IMG/VR virus record: IMGVR_UViG_3300044701_002789
Coordinates: 186,001-250,000 of that record
Length of the DNA stretch: 64,000 nucleotides
Direction: 5' to 3' (one strand)
Under the pieces are notes generated by a model that did no database searches, was not told the origin of the DNA, and worked only from the letters and a program-made list of their open reading frames with translations. The translations under genes were made by a program, and so were the position numbers. This document shows positions 16,371 to 24,549 of this stretch, piece by piece. Within the stretch, counting starts at the first letter, position 1. Every line of letters starts with the position of its first letter.

Positions 16371-16593
16371 ATTCCTTTTGAAGTTCTGTTGCTATCTTAG
16401 CATACTCCCATCTTTTAATCAAATTGGTAATTGGATTTCTGGGATGAAATTTTACCATCCAAAAAAACCGCTCAATATTTAATCTGGTCATTTTAAGGAC
16501 TAAGGTTAAATATTCTGAAACATTTGGATCTACTATCATCATAAACCCAACCACACCAAAAATAATTAAAAGTGTTGCTTGTATGGGAGTCAT
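16333..16593 (-). CDS. small membrane protein
   Basis: N-terminal TM helix. Confidence 0.65.
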   Translation of the reverse strand: MTPIQATLLIIFGVVGFMMIVDPNVSEYLTLVLKMTRLNIERFFWMVKFHPRNPITNLIKRWEYAKIATELQKEFDDARIGNEKHL

Positions 16594-16594
16594 T

Positions 16595-16984
16595 TTATTC
16601 TTCCAGGATTTTAGTATTTAGATCATCCAGTTCAACATCTTCAACAAGATTTTTTATTCTATCCATAAAAGATTCATCTAAAGGAATGACTTTTTCTTTC
16701 CCGGTTTTTATGTCGTGAGACATTTGTAGAAGACTATCTAAGAAGTATTTTGGGCAAATATCATCTTCTAAACTATCCCAAAAATACAGAATACACTGTT
16801 CTAAAGGATCATCTGTTTTTAGTAGAGCGTAATTCTCATAGTTATTTCCCATGAGATCCCCCCAATTCTTAAAAGAGTACCAGCAATTGTGCCATCCTTG
16901 TATGATACAAGAATACCAAATATATTCTAACCAACTTAATTTTACTTTATCGGTATTTGTTCCTAAGATGGGTTTTGAGAACAT
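16595..16984 (-). CDS. hypothetical protein
   Basis: 129-aa ORF. Confidence 0.7.
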   Translation of the reverse strand: MFSKPILGTNTDKVKLSWLEYIWYSCIIQGWHNCWYSFKNWGDLMGNNYENYALLKTDDPLEQCILYFWDSLEDDICPKYFLDSLLQMSHDIKTGKEKVIPLDESFMDRIKNLVEDVELDDLNTKILEE

Positions 16985-17154
16985 TATTTTTTTACCTCAG
17001 ATTGAATACGAACTGGACAAGATGGAACCACTTCTCCAAGTTCTTTCATTATAGACACTTTTTGTTCTCTTGTCAATCCCACCACAGATTGAATTCTATC
17101 TCCAATTCCAATAACATCATTACAATTTAATAGTGTTATCAGAAAAATATTCAT
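16984..17154 (-). CDS. hypothetical protein (56 aa, not in ORF track)
   Basis: MNIFLITLLNCNDVIGIGDRIQSVVGLTREQKVSIMKELGEVVPSCPVRIQSEVKK; coupled on both sides. Confidence 0.6.
   Translation of the reverse strand: MNIFLITLLNCNDVIGIGDRIQSVVGLTREQKVSIMKELGEVVPSCPVRIQSEVKK
17048..17076 (-). promoter_or_regulatory. perfect-consensus sigma70 promoter
   Basis: TTGACA-17 nt-TATAAT inside the 16984-17154 ORF. Confidence 0.8.
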
Positions 17155-17477
17155 TAGTCTCTACGCCTCCACTCTCCATTATCATTATTATCCCTACGAA
17201 ACCAGTCTGCAATTTCATCTGGACTATTGAACCCAGTTTTGTGATTGCTGGGATCAGGATCTCCCAAATCAAGTGCGTTGAGAAACCCATCTGTACTATT
17301 TTGATCCATTTCTGGATTCATAGATTTTCTTCGCGCCTGACGAATCATTGTAGCAGCACTAGCATTTACTTTTGCAAGTTTTTCTGCCCAAATCATTTCG
17401 TCTAAACTTACTTCTTCATGGGATACAATTTTTTCACAAATAGACTGAAGTTTTAGACGATAATTAGTGCTCAGCAT
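17154..17477 (-). CDS. hypothetical protein
   Basis: 107-aa ORF with AAGGAG RBS and a late promoter. Confidence 0.75.
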   Translation of the reverse strand: MLSTNYRLKLQSICEKIVSHEEVSLDEMIWAEKLAKVNASAATMIRQARRKSMNPEMDQNSTDGFLNALDLGDPDPSNHKTGFNSPDEIADWFRRDNNDNGEWRRRD

Positions 17478-17498
17478 GAATTCTCTCCTTAGTAGTAG

Positions 17499-17505
17499 TA
17501 TTTAG
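17499..17505 (-). promoter_or_regulatory. late promoter
   Basis: CTAAATA 22 nt upstream of the 17477 start. Confidence 0.55.
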
Positions 17506-17507
17506 AA

Positions 17508-18308
17508 TTAAATTTCAATCCCAAAATCAGCATTGAAATTAAGATTAAGTCCATGATTGTTGTATCCATTGTAATAACCCCTAGGATTGCAAATGATTCT
17601 ACATTCCCCAATAGTGTAGTCAAAACTCTCATGAGTATGACCATGACTCCAATATTTAATCTGAGGATGATCTAAAATGAGATCGTCAAGATCACTGACA
17701 TAGGCACCGTTTGCAATTCCACTATTTCGGTATTTTTCATGAACAGACTGATAGGAAGGTGCATGGTGAGTGAGAACCCAGATTTTATCATTTTTAAATT
17801 CTTCTAGTTTCTCTAGAAGATATTGCTTGGATTTTTTATGAAATCCTAGAGTATCATCAGGATTCATCTTACGAAACTTTGGAGTAATACGAATGATTTT
17901 ATAGTCATTCATACACTGAGAAGCTTCCATCATTTCCAGAGCATTCTCATTCCGAAAATCAGTCCAAAAAGTTGAACCAATAAAAATCCAGTCTTTAATT
18001 TTCACATAATCATTCTCAAGAAGGTGAACACCAACTGGCATCTGTTCTCTAAGAACATTCCAAGATCCTTCATAATTGTATCCGTATGCTTCATGATTGC
18101 CTGCAATATACAGGACATGCTCAAAGTTGTCGGAACACTTCTTTAGAAAGTCATCGTAGACCTTATGGAGTTTTCCATTGGTTTTAAAGTGGCGAGCACA
18201 AAGAATGTCACCACCAAGAATCAGAACGTCACCTTCACCTAGGTCTGGGACTCCATGACCATATTCACACATTTCCAGGTGAAGATCACTAACAACTTTA
18301 ACTTTCAT
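17508..18308 (-). CDS. calcineurin-like metallophosphoesterase
   Basis: SDLHLE, GGDI, AGNHEAY, THHAPS, HGHTH, NPRGY. Confidence 0.9.
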   Translation of the reverse strand: MKVKVVSDLHLEMCEYGHGVPDLGEGDVLILGGDILCARHFKTNGKLHKVYDDFLKKCSDNFEHVLYIAGNHEAYGYNYEGSWNVLREQMPVGVHLLENDYVKIKDWIFIGSTFWTDFRNENALEMMEASQCMNDYKIIRITPKFRKMNPDDTLGFHKKSKQYLLEKLEEFKNDKIWVLTHHAPSYQSVHEKYRNSGIANGAYVSDLDDLILDHPQIKYWSHGHTHESFDYTIGECRIICNPRGYYNGYNNHGLNLNFNADFGIEI

Positions 18309-18499
18309 TTCTCAACCTTCCAGTGTTCATTTCCTTCTTTTTGAATCCAAAAAAAGTATTTGCGATTTATGGACGCCAAGAAAAACATAGTTTCAGTTTC
18401 TTGTTCCACTTCGCAAGCATGAAAAGAATTCATTATATTTGCAAATCTATTCTTTGCTTTTGAACTTAGTGGAATCACATTAACAATCTTTCTTTTCAC
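18305..18499 (-). CDS. hypothetical protein
   Basis: GTG start (MKRKIVNV) inferred because the -10 box lies at 18529-18534. Confidence 0.6.
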   Translation of the reverse strand: MKRKIVNVIPLSSKAKNRFANIMNSFHACEVEQETETMFFLASINRKYFFWIQKEGNEHWKVEK

Positions 18500-18528
18500 T
18501 TTACCAAGTTTCAGTGGTGTACTAGTGC

Positions 18529-18584
18529 AGTTTAGCATGATCTCATCCCCATCAGAGGAACTGAGTGACACCTTGCCCACTGTC
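18529..18584 (-). promoter_or_regulatory. early promoter module (-10 TGcTAAACT)
   Basis: GACACCT-TGCC-CACTGTC at 18567-18584; 32-nt spacer. Confidence 0.65.
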
Positions 18585-18734
18585 CTCCCTGTGTGATTTG
18601 ATGAACGCATTTGCTTCATGAACAGTTCTAACATCCCCGATTTGCTGACCTCTATGGATAATCACAAGTCTCTTTCCCCAAGGAACTGCCATGTATCCAT
18701 CTGGAGTTTCAAACCCATCACTTTTTCTGGGCAT
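18552..18734 (-). CDS. hypothetical protein
   Basis: 60-aa ORF. Confidence 0.6.
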   Translation of the reverse strand: MPRKSDGFETPDGYMAVPWGKRLVIIHRGQQIGDVRTVHEANAFIKSHREDSGQGVTQFL

Positions 18735-19302
18735 AATATTCTAAATCTTCATTATATCTTTGTATAATCATGAGGCAAATGTTATCAAAATTTATAATAT
18801 TTTTTTCCAACTGCTCCAAAGAAGAATCAAAATTATTTGTCATTGATTCTATTAAATCAAAAGAAGGAATGCATGATGACAATAACGCCAGTGCAGATAT
18901 GATATAAGCAGCAGTATGATGACCAGGAGAAATATCTGGCATTTTAATAATCTGCTCAAAAGGATTTACTGGAGCGTCTTCATATAGTGGATGATTTTCC
19001 GAATACCAATAGATTGCCGCCAAACCACAAAGATACACACAGTCTTTGATTAAAAAATCTTTAGATTGAACATCCATTTTATCCAAATCTTCTTTACTAG
19101 GCATCATTCCATTTTTCAGTGCCGAAGATACTTCTTCTGGAACATCGCCAAATTCTTGATCTTCATCCATAACCCTAAAAAGATCATGCCGATTTGCCAA
19201 ACATTCCAAATATCTTAAAGCAAACTCTGTAGTTTGTTCGGTCTGCTCTTTTACTTCACTGATTCGTGTCTGTAGTGCTTTGATGTTAAATTTATCTTCC
19301 AT
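18718..19302 (-). CDS. hypothetical alpha-helical protein
   Basis: 194-aa ORF, TAATG-coupled to the upstream gene. Confidence 0.7.
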   Translation of the reverse strand: MEDKFNIKALQTRISEVKEQTEQTTEFALRYLECLANRHDLFRVMDEDQEFGDVPEEVSSALKNGMMPSKEDLDKMDVQSKDFLIKDCVYLCGLAAIYWYSENHPLYEDAPVNPFEQIIKMPDISPGHHTAAYIISALALLSSCIPSFDLIESMTNNFDSSLEQLEKNIINFDNICLMIIQRYNEDLEYYAQKK

Positions 19303-19871
19303 TATTCTACCAAAAATTGTTTTTCATAGTCCAAAATTTCTTGAGGAGTTTCAATATAATTACTCACATAATCTGTTGGAGTATTATACCAGTTTCTTCC
19401 GTAATTTCTTCTGAGCAATCTAATGTCAAGATGCTGATACTTTTTATCAGTGGGCACATATATCTTAAAATCGCCCGCCTTATTGGACGTTAATAAAGAA
19501 AGTCTTCGGTTTTCATCCGAAGTAATGTCTATGGTGGTACACGCTATGAGAAAAATCTCTTTGAACTTATCGTAGTCTGTCAGGTATATATCTGGATTAT
19601 CCATGATCATCCTAGCAATAAACTGAGGAGAGTAGCAGTGGTCTTTACAGATCGTCCATTTTGGGTTGCTTCTCTTCTCCAGTAAAGCGTTTTCTGTGAT
19701 GTACCCCGAGGGCATTGAGAGAGCGTGTACTAGGTCGTAGTACGGTCTCGTAACCCCTCGGAGCACATCCTTATCATTCGGTTTGGACTGCCATAGATCT
19801 AAACATGCTCGTAAGCAGTGAAAAGCAATTAAACAATAAATATCAATTCTGTATTGAGTTGTTAGTTTCAT
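19302..19871 (-). CDS. hypothetical protein, possible His-Me finger nuclease
   Basis: KDHCYSP ... TIDITSDENRRL resembles an (E/D)H..P ... IT..EN..L betabetaalpha pattern. Confidence 0.45.
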   Translation of the reverse strand: MKLTTQYRIDIYCLIAFHCLRACLDLWQSKPNDKDVLRGVTRPYYDLVHALSMPSGYITENALLEKRSNPKWTICKDHCYSPQFIARMIMDNPDIYLTDYDKFKEIFLIACTTIDITSDENRRLSLLTSNKAGDFKIYVPTDKKYQHLDIRLLRRNYGRNWYNTPTDYVSNYIETPQEILDYEKQFLVE

Positions 19872-19907
19872 TCAATAAAATAAAATAATTTGCAACCTAA
19901 TTTTATA

Positions 19908-20468
19908 TTAGGATCTACCAAGTCTCCACCCATCCCCAGGACACTCTACACTCATAGTTGTTTTTTGTCCATCTGTCCACCACACTTTTCCTTTTGTTGG
20001 ACTAGATTTTCCTTTTCTAGTTCTACTCATCTTTTGTCTAGCTTCAAAACTATGATTTTTTCCCGACCAATAATCACATTTTTTTCTATATTCGTCATTC
20101 ATTTTTTTACCTTTATTCCAAACATCATAACTTAAAGGTTTATTTTTTCTGGATTCTGAAAGTTTTCTTTTAGTTTCCAATGATCTTTTTCTGCCCAAAT
20201 GATTTGGTGGATGATCGCCACCATTAGTCATATTAATAAGAATTCCTGTGCCCAAATCTTTTCTTCCAAATAAAGAAATCATGTATATTTCATGATTAAA
20301 AGCATGTATTTCATCCTTAAAATATTTTAAAATAATTATATTTTTGGGATTATTTGGTCGTATATCCAAAGATCCTCTTTTATGTGATTGATATGCTCTA
20401 TTTTTAGATCCTTTTCCAATATAATAAGGAGTTTTATCTTCTCGCAGATATGCGTAGGTATAATACAT
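19908..20468 (-). mobile_element. free-standing GIY-YIG homing endonuclease with NUMOD3-like motifs
   Basis: YYTYAYLREDKTPYYIGKG..R, HEIYMI, LINMTNGG; GRKRSLETKRKLSES and GKNHSFEARQKMS. Confidence 0.85.
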
Positions 20469-20470
20469 TT

Positions 20471-20531
20471 ATGTCTGGGGATAACTGCTGATATTTATAT
20501 GGGACTTACACAATTATATCTCCCCAGACAT
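20471..20531 (-). promoter_or_regulatory. late promoter inside a translation-sequestering hairpin
   Basis: 11-bp inverted repeat (20471-20481/20521-20531) encloses TATAAATA (20492-20499) and abuts the ATG. Confidence 0.8.
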
Positions 20532-20559
20532 TAATTGATGCCCACATCAATAATTTAGA

Positions 20560-21789
20560 TCATTTAATTACATCAGCAACAATATTTCCCCTAACGAACA
20601 CCTCATCAACAACATTTTCAACTCTTTTAGCAGTTGCAACACCTACTTTATTATTGTAAACTGGAATAACTATTTTACCAAAAGGTTTTAGATAATTATC
20701 AAAATCACCAGGAATAAGTTCGCCAGATTTGATACGAAGAGTATCTACAGGGTGAACTCTGATACAACGACCAATACTTTGAACAGTTGAAACAAAATTT
20801 TGCTGCCGCAAAAAAATGCATGATTGAATACCAGGAACGCTGATTCCCTCAGTCAAAATCCCAATATGAAGAACAACAAATTTTCTATTAGGATCAGAAC
20901 CATAATTATTCAGGGTTTCTAAAAATTCTCTACGCGAAACTTTACGATTATTAATGTGAGCTCCCCAACGGCTAGTAATATGCATAACATCATAACCATT
21001 CTCTCGCATTTCTTCCAGGAAGGAAGTCATGGCAAACATTGCCATCATAACCCTGGTACTGGGAGCGACAATCAGAACTTTATCCATTTGTTCTTCATTG
21101 AAGATAGTATCACAGAGAGTATAGAAGTCTCGCTCAGCAGCATTGTTCTTGTCACGATAAGATCCAATTTCCATAACAGAAGTCTTCGGAGGAAGAATGC
21201 TACCGTTCTTGAGAAGTTCTGGTGCGCTAACATTATGAATCTTGCTACCAAACACTTCAGCATCGTTGTTTCCGGGTTTGGAAGCAACCTGACTGAACTT
21301 AGGAGTTGCAGTCATAGAATAGAAGTGATTGGACATCGCACTGAGATCCTTGACAGAATCAAAGAACCGACGATTAACAGCATTGTGACACTCATCAAGA
21401 TACACAGTATCAATCTCAATCTCTGCCTTGACGATTTTATCAAGAGAGTGGTAAGTAGTGAAGATAAGTTTGTTACCTTCTGTAGTCTCATGCCAATAGG
21501 CAAGTTCTAGAAAATCTTTGATGCGAGTGTGCTTGGTTTCACCACTATGTACATGAGCAACGTGAACACCACTAATGAGCGTCTCAAACTCATGAGACAG
21601 TTGTTGACAAAGAAGAATCTTCGGTGCAACAACTACAATGGTTTTGTTCTGACCTTGCTCAAAGCGATACTTCGCATCAGCAATCATCATGATGGTCTTA
21701 CCCGCACTCGTAGGAGCGACTGTAAGCATCATGGAATGCTCACGCATCAGAGAAAAAACTTCTTCTTGTTGGGGACGGAGTTCAATCAT
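20560..21789 (-). CDS. superfamily 2 (DExH/ResIII-like) helicase
   Basis: APTSAGKT, YLDECH, MTATP, ILTEGISVP, QSIGRCIR. Confidence 0.9.
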   Translation of the reverse strand: MIELRPQQEEVFSLMREHSMMLTVAPTSAGKTIMMIADAKYRFEQGQNKTIVVVAPKILLCQQLSHEFETLISGVHVAHVHSGETKHTRIKDFLELAYWHETTEGNKLIFTTYHSLDKIVKAEIEIDTVYLDECHNAVNRRFFDSVKDLSAMSNHFYSMTATPKFSQVASKPGNNDAEVFGSKIHNVSAPELLKNGSILPPKTSVMEIGSYRDKNNAAERDFYTLCDTIFNEEQMDKVLIVAPSTRVMMAMFAMTSFLEEMRENGYDVMHITSRWGAHINNRKVSRREFLETLNNYGSDPNRKFVVLHIGILTEGISVPGIQSCIFLRQQNFVSTVQSIGRCIRVHPVDTLRIKSGELIPGDFDNYLKPFGKIVIPVYNNKVGVATAKRVENVVDEVFVRGNIVADVIK

Positions 21790-21812
21790 GGCGAATGGTT
21801 TTCTATGAGGTT

Positions 21813-21868
21813 ATTGTACAGCAAAAAAAGCCTCTACAAGAACCAGAGTGGACAGTCTTTAAAGTGTC
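21813..21868 (-). promoter_or_regulatory. early promoter module (-10 TACAAT)
   Basis: GACAGTC-TTTA-AAGTGTC at 21851-21868; 32-nt spacer with T7 run. Confidence 0.8.
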
Positions 21869-21929
21869 CTGATTCTTATAGAAGCTTATAACTTGTCTTG
21901 AAGCGGCACAAACCTATCCTAGGTATGTT

Positions 21930-22361
21930 TTAGATTCTTGTCAAGCCCTTGTGTTTTAGGTAATCTTGGTATAGGATTGACTCAAAATAATGTGCCTCAA
22001 TCTCATGAGGTTGTTCCCAATAATCCAAATCATCAACACACTCCCCATCAAAATATCTTTTGGATGATCGGTATTTCATCTCCCCTTTCACCCATTGATA
22101 CATATGCCAGAGTTCATGGCAAAGAACCTTAATGTAATCTTTTTTACTTAGGTAAGTGTTTATTTCAATTAAAAAACTTCTTGGTCTATAGGTTTCTCCG
22201 GATATGTCACAATATCCGATTACTTTTTCTTTATTGAGACCACGATGGAGAACTTCAATCTCTAACTTATATCTTGGGAGGTATTCGGACACGAACCAAC
22301 AAACAACATCTTTACATAGACGCTTTGAGTATCCGTATCCAGTTGTTTCAAGGATGATCAT
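21930..22361 (-). CDS. SprT-like/zincin metallopeptidase-domain protein
   Basis: VLCHELWHMYQ (HExxH) and PHEIEA. Confidence 0.75.
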   Translation of the reverse strand: MIILETTGYGYSKRLCKDVVCWFVSEYLPRYKLEIEVLHRGLNKEKVIGYCDISGETYRPRSFLIEINTYLSKKDYIKVLCHELWHMYQWVKGEMKYRSSKRYFDGECVDDLDYWEQPHEIEAHYFESILYQDYLKHKGLTRI

Positions 22362-22393
22362 TGGAGGTCATATGGGCACTAGGATGCCTTCAT

Positions 22394-22450
22394 AGCATAA
22401 GGCACCTCACAGGCGCTCCTGGAGGTGCCTCAGACGGTTTCTGATCCGTC
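22394..22450 (-). promoter_or_regulatory. early promoter module (-10 TATGCT)
   Basis: GACGGTT-TCTG-ATCCGTC at 22433-22450; 33-nt spacer with 9-bp AGGCACCTC/GAGGTGCCT hairpin. Confidence 0.75.
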
Positions 22451-22452
22451 CT

Positions 22453-23934
22453 TCAGTCGGTGTCAAAGAAAAACATTTGCCATAGTCGTCCATTGTCCAT
22501 AACTGTCCCAAAGTATTGAGAAGCACTATGAATACAACTTGCATCAAAGATAACCAGACGATTATAAACATTTCCTAGAACATCAACAGGTTCAAATGGG
22601 GTTCCATCTAAATGACACCCTCCAGGAACATCAATCCACGCATCATTCCATCCTTCCTCATAATAAGTTCTTGCTTTTGTTTTCTTGTTAGCGTATAATG
22701 TGGTTCCACACTGATATGGTGCATTCGGTGTGAGGTACAACATACCACCCCACTTTTGATCGTCGCAATGATAAACTAAAGGTTCACCAGACCACGCAAC
22801 TTGAAATCTCCCATTCATCCCATGTTCTTCCCACTTTGTTATTTTTCTTCCCATGATTTCTTCAAATTTTTCTTTGAGTCCAGGAAATAAAAATTGTTGA
22901 TGAGTTCTTCTTCCAATGAATCCCCTACCCAAACCACCTTCAAGATAGTCTTGTTTTAATGCAAACTCTCTTACTTCATCTGGGTTCTCATAAAAGTTAT
23001 CTATAATCCAAGAAGTTGATTTGGAGTTAATATTAATATTAAATAGATTTTCTTGTTTAGGAAGCAAGAAATTTCTTACATTTGGCAAATTGAAGATAAT
23101 TTGTGGTAACAGATTAACTGGATAATTTTTTTGACTTAGTTTACTAGTTTGTTCTACTTCAATAATATCTTTCATAGATTCTGAACTTAAAGTATTAAGG
23201 TTGGAAAGATTATCGGATAAAACAGTAGTTTTTGCTTTATATTTTCTTAAAGTTTCATCTCCCATCCAAGTAAAATGCCACCCACAGTCTTCAATTATTT
23301 TTCCATTTTCAGTAATCCAAACCGGATCCAATGGACTACCATATTGTCCCCTGAATTTTGTCGGAGATCCTCCATTTGATAATTGTCTTTTAGTACACAA
23401 AAGAAGAGATTGACTCCAATCTGCCGGCACATCTCCCTCATAAAGTCTTTTATTCGCTTGACCTTCTAAAAGAACTAAAGGAACTTTAATGATATTGTTT
23501 GGAATATTTCTACAACATGTTGAAAAATATAGAATAAATTCTGGATTGATTATTTCATCACAATCACTTACGATAAAAACATCATCATCATCGTATTCAT
23601 CTATTACAGACATTAGAGCATCTCTTTGTAATCTTTCTCTAGTCCAATTTTTAACTTGAGTTGATTTTGCTTCTAATGAATAGACATAATCAGATTCATC
23701 TGGAATTAAATCTTCACTATCCGGCACAATAGTTTCAATAACCTGAATTTTATCCTTTGGTAAATTAAGATCTTCTATTAGTTTTTTACAAATAAAATCT
23801 TTATCATCTCCATTATGTGTTTTATTTGATTCAGAGATAATAAACTTATCCACATGATCTTTTAGTAGATTAATTCTAAGTTCTAATAATTCTTTTTCAA
23901 TGAAAAAAGTAAAATAATCAATAATCTTTTTCAT
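22453..23934 (-). CDS. GT17-like glycosyltransferase fused to a 2OG-Fe(II) oxygenase (DUF6445-like)
   Basis: ELLELRINLL, QRDAL, SDCDEI, GWHFTWMG; then IIDNFYENPD, HCD, YNRLVIFD..IHSA. Confidence 0.8.
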   Translation of the reverse strand: MKKIIDYFTFFIEKELLELRINLLKDHVDKFIISESNKTHNGDDKDFICKKLIEDLNLPKDKIQVIETIVPDSEDLIPDESDYVYSLEAKSTQVKNWTRERLQRDALMSVIDEYDDDDVFIVSDCDEIINPEFILYFSTCCRNIPNNIIKVPLVLLEGQANKRLYEGDVPADWSQSLLLCTKRQLSNGGSPTKFRGQYGSPLDPVWITENGKIIEDCGWHFTWMGDETLRKYKAKTTVLSDNLSNLNTLSSESMKDIIEVEQTSKLSQKNYPVNLLPQIIFNLPNVRNFLLPKQENLFNININSKSTSWIIDNFYENPDEVREFALKQDYLEGGLGRGFIGRRTHQQFLFPGLKEKFEEIMGRKITKWEEHGMNGRFQVAWSGEPLVYHCDDQKWGGMLYLTPNAPYQCGTTLYANKKTKARTYYEEGWNDAWIDVPGGCHLDGTPFEPVDVLGNVYNRLVIFDASCIHSASQYFGTVMDNGRLWQMFFFDTD

Positions 23935-24549
23935 TTAATACCACTCTGTAAATTTAATTCTATTTTCCGAAAATACTTTTTTGTAATTTTCTATTTTATT
24001 TCTATAAACAACTAAATCATCAAAAAAATGTGGATGAAATTCAATGTAAATTTCATTAATGTATTTAATTGTGCCAGATGATATTAATTTATCTATAATA
24101 TCAAATTCGCTTCCTTCAACATCTAATTTTACAACAATAAAATCATTAATACTAGAAAATGTTTCTATAATATTTGAAAAATCTAATACCCTTACTATCT
24201 CTGTTTCTGAATTATATTTAATTGGATTCTCTTGTAATTTTTGTGGGGGATTTAATAATATATTAGAAGACTGCCCAGTAAATGTACCAACTTCAGTTCC
24301 ATCCCAAATAGTAGATTCGGATAGGTTTAAATTTACATAATCATTTTTATTAGATACACCAGCATTAAAATGAATAATATTCAATCCATCATCTAATAAT
24401 TTTAAATAATTTTCTTTTGAACTAATATATGTTTTTGGATTTGGTTCAAAACAATAACATTCCCAACTAGAATCTATACCATAGATTTTAGATATTTCGT
24501 TGAACCCCTGAAACAAGTGTGTTCCGCAGTCAAAGAATTTTTTTTTTTT
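23935..24549 (-). CDS. FkbM-family methyltransferase domain, 5' end frameshifted at the A12 tract
   Basis: KFFDCGTHLFQG (motif I) upstream of the called TTG; YCFEPN, VKLDVEGSE; no in-frame ATG. Confidence 0.7.
   Translation of the reverse strand, partial: KKKKFFDCGTHLFQGFNEISKIYGIDSSWECYCFEPNPKTYISSKENYLKLLDDGLNIIHFNAGVSNKNDYVNLNLSESTIWDGTEVGTFTGQSSNILLNPPQKLQENPIKYNSETEIVRVLDFSNIIETFSSINDFIVVKLDVEGSEFDIIDKLISSGTIKYINEIYIEFHPHFFDDLVVYRNKIENYKKVFSENRIKFTEWY

Noticed and set aside
19908-21789. Group I intron around the homing endonuclease
   Set aside because: The helicase ORF is complete with all motifs and no interrupted host gene flanks the endonuclease; it appears free-standing
63-22395. 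Plus-strand ORFs in the early region (e.g. 3222-3734, 10687-11421, 20956-21510)
   Set aside because: Fully antisense to well-supported genes; no motifs or promoters
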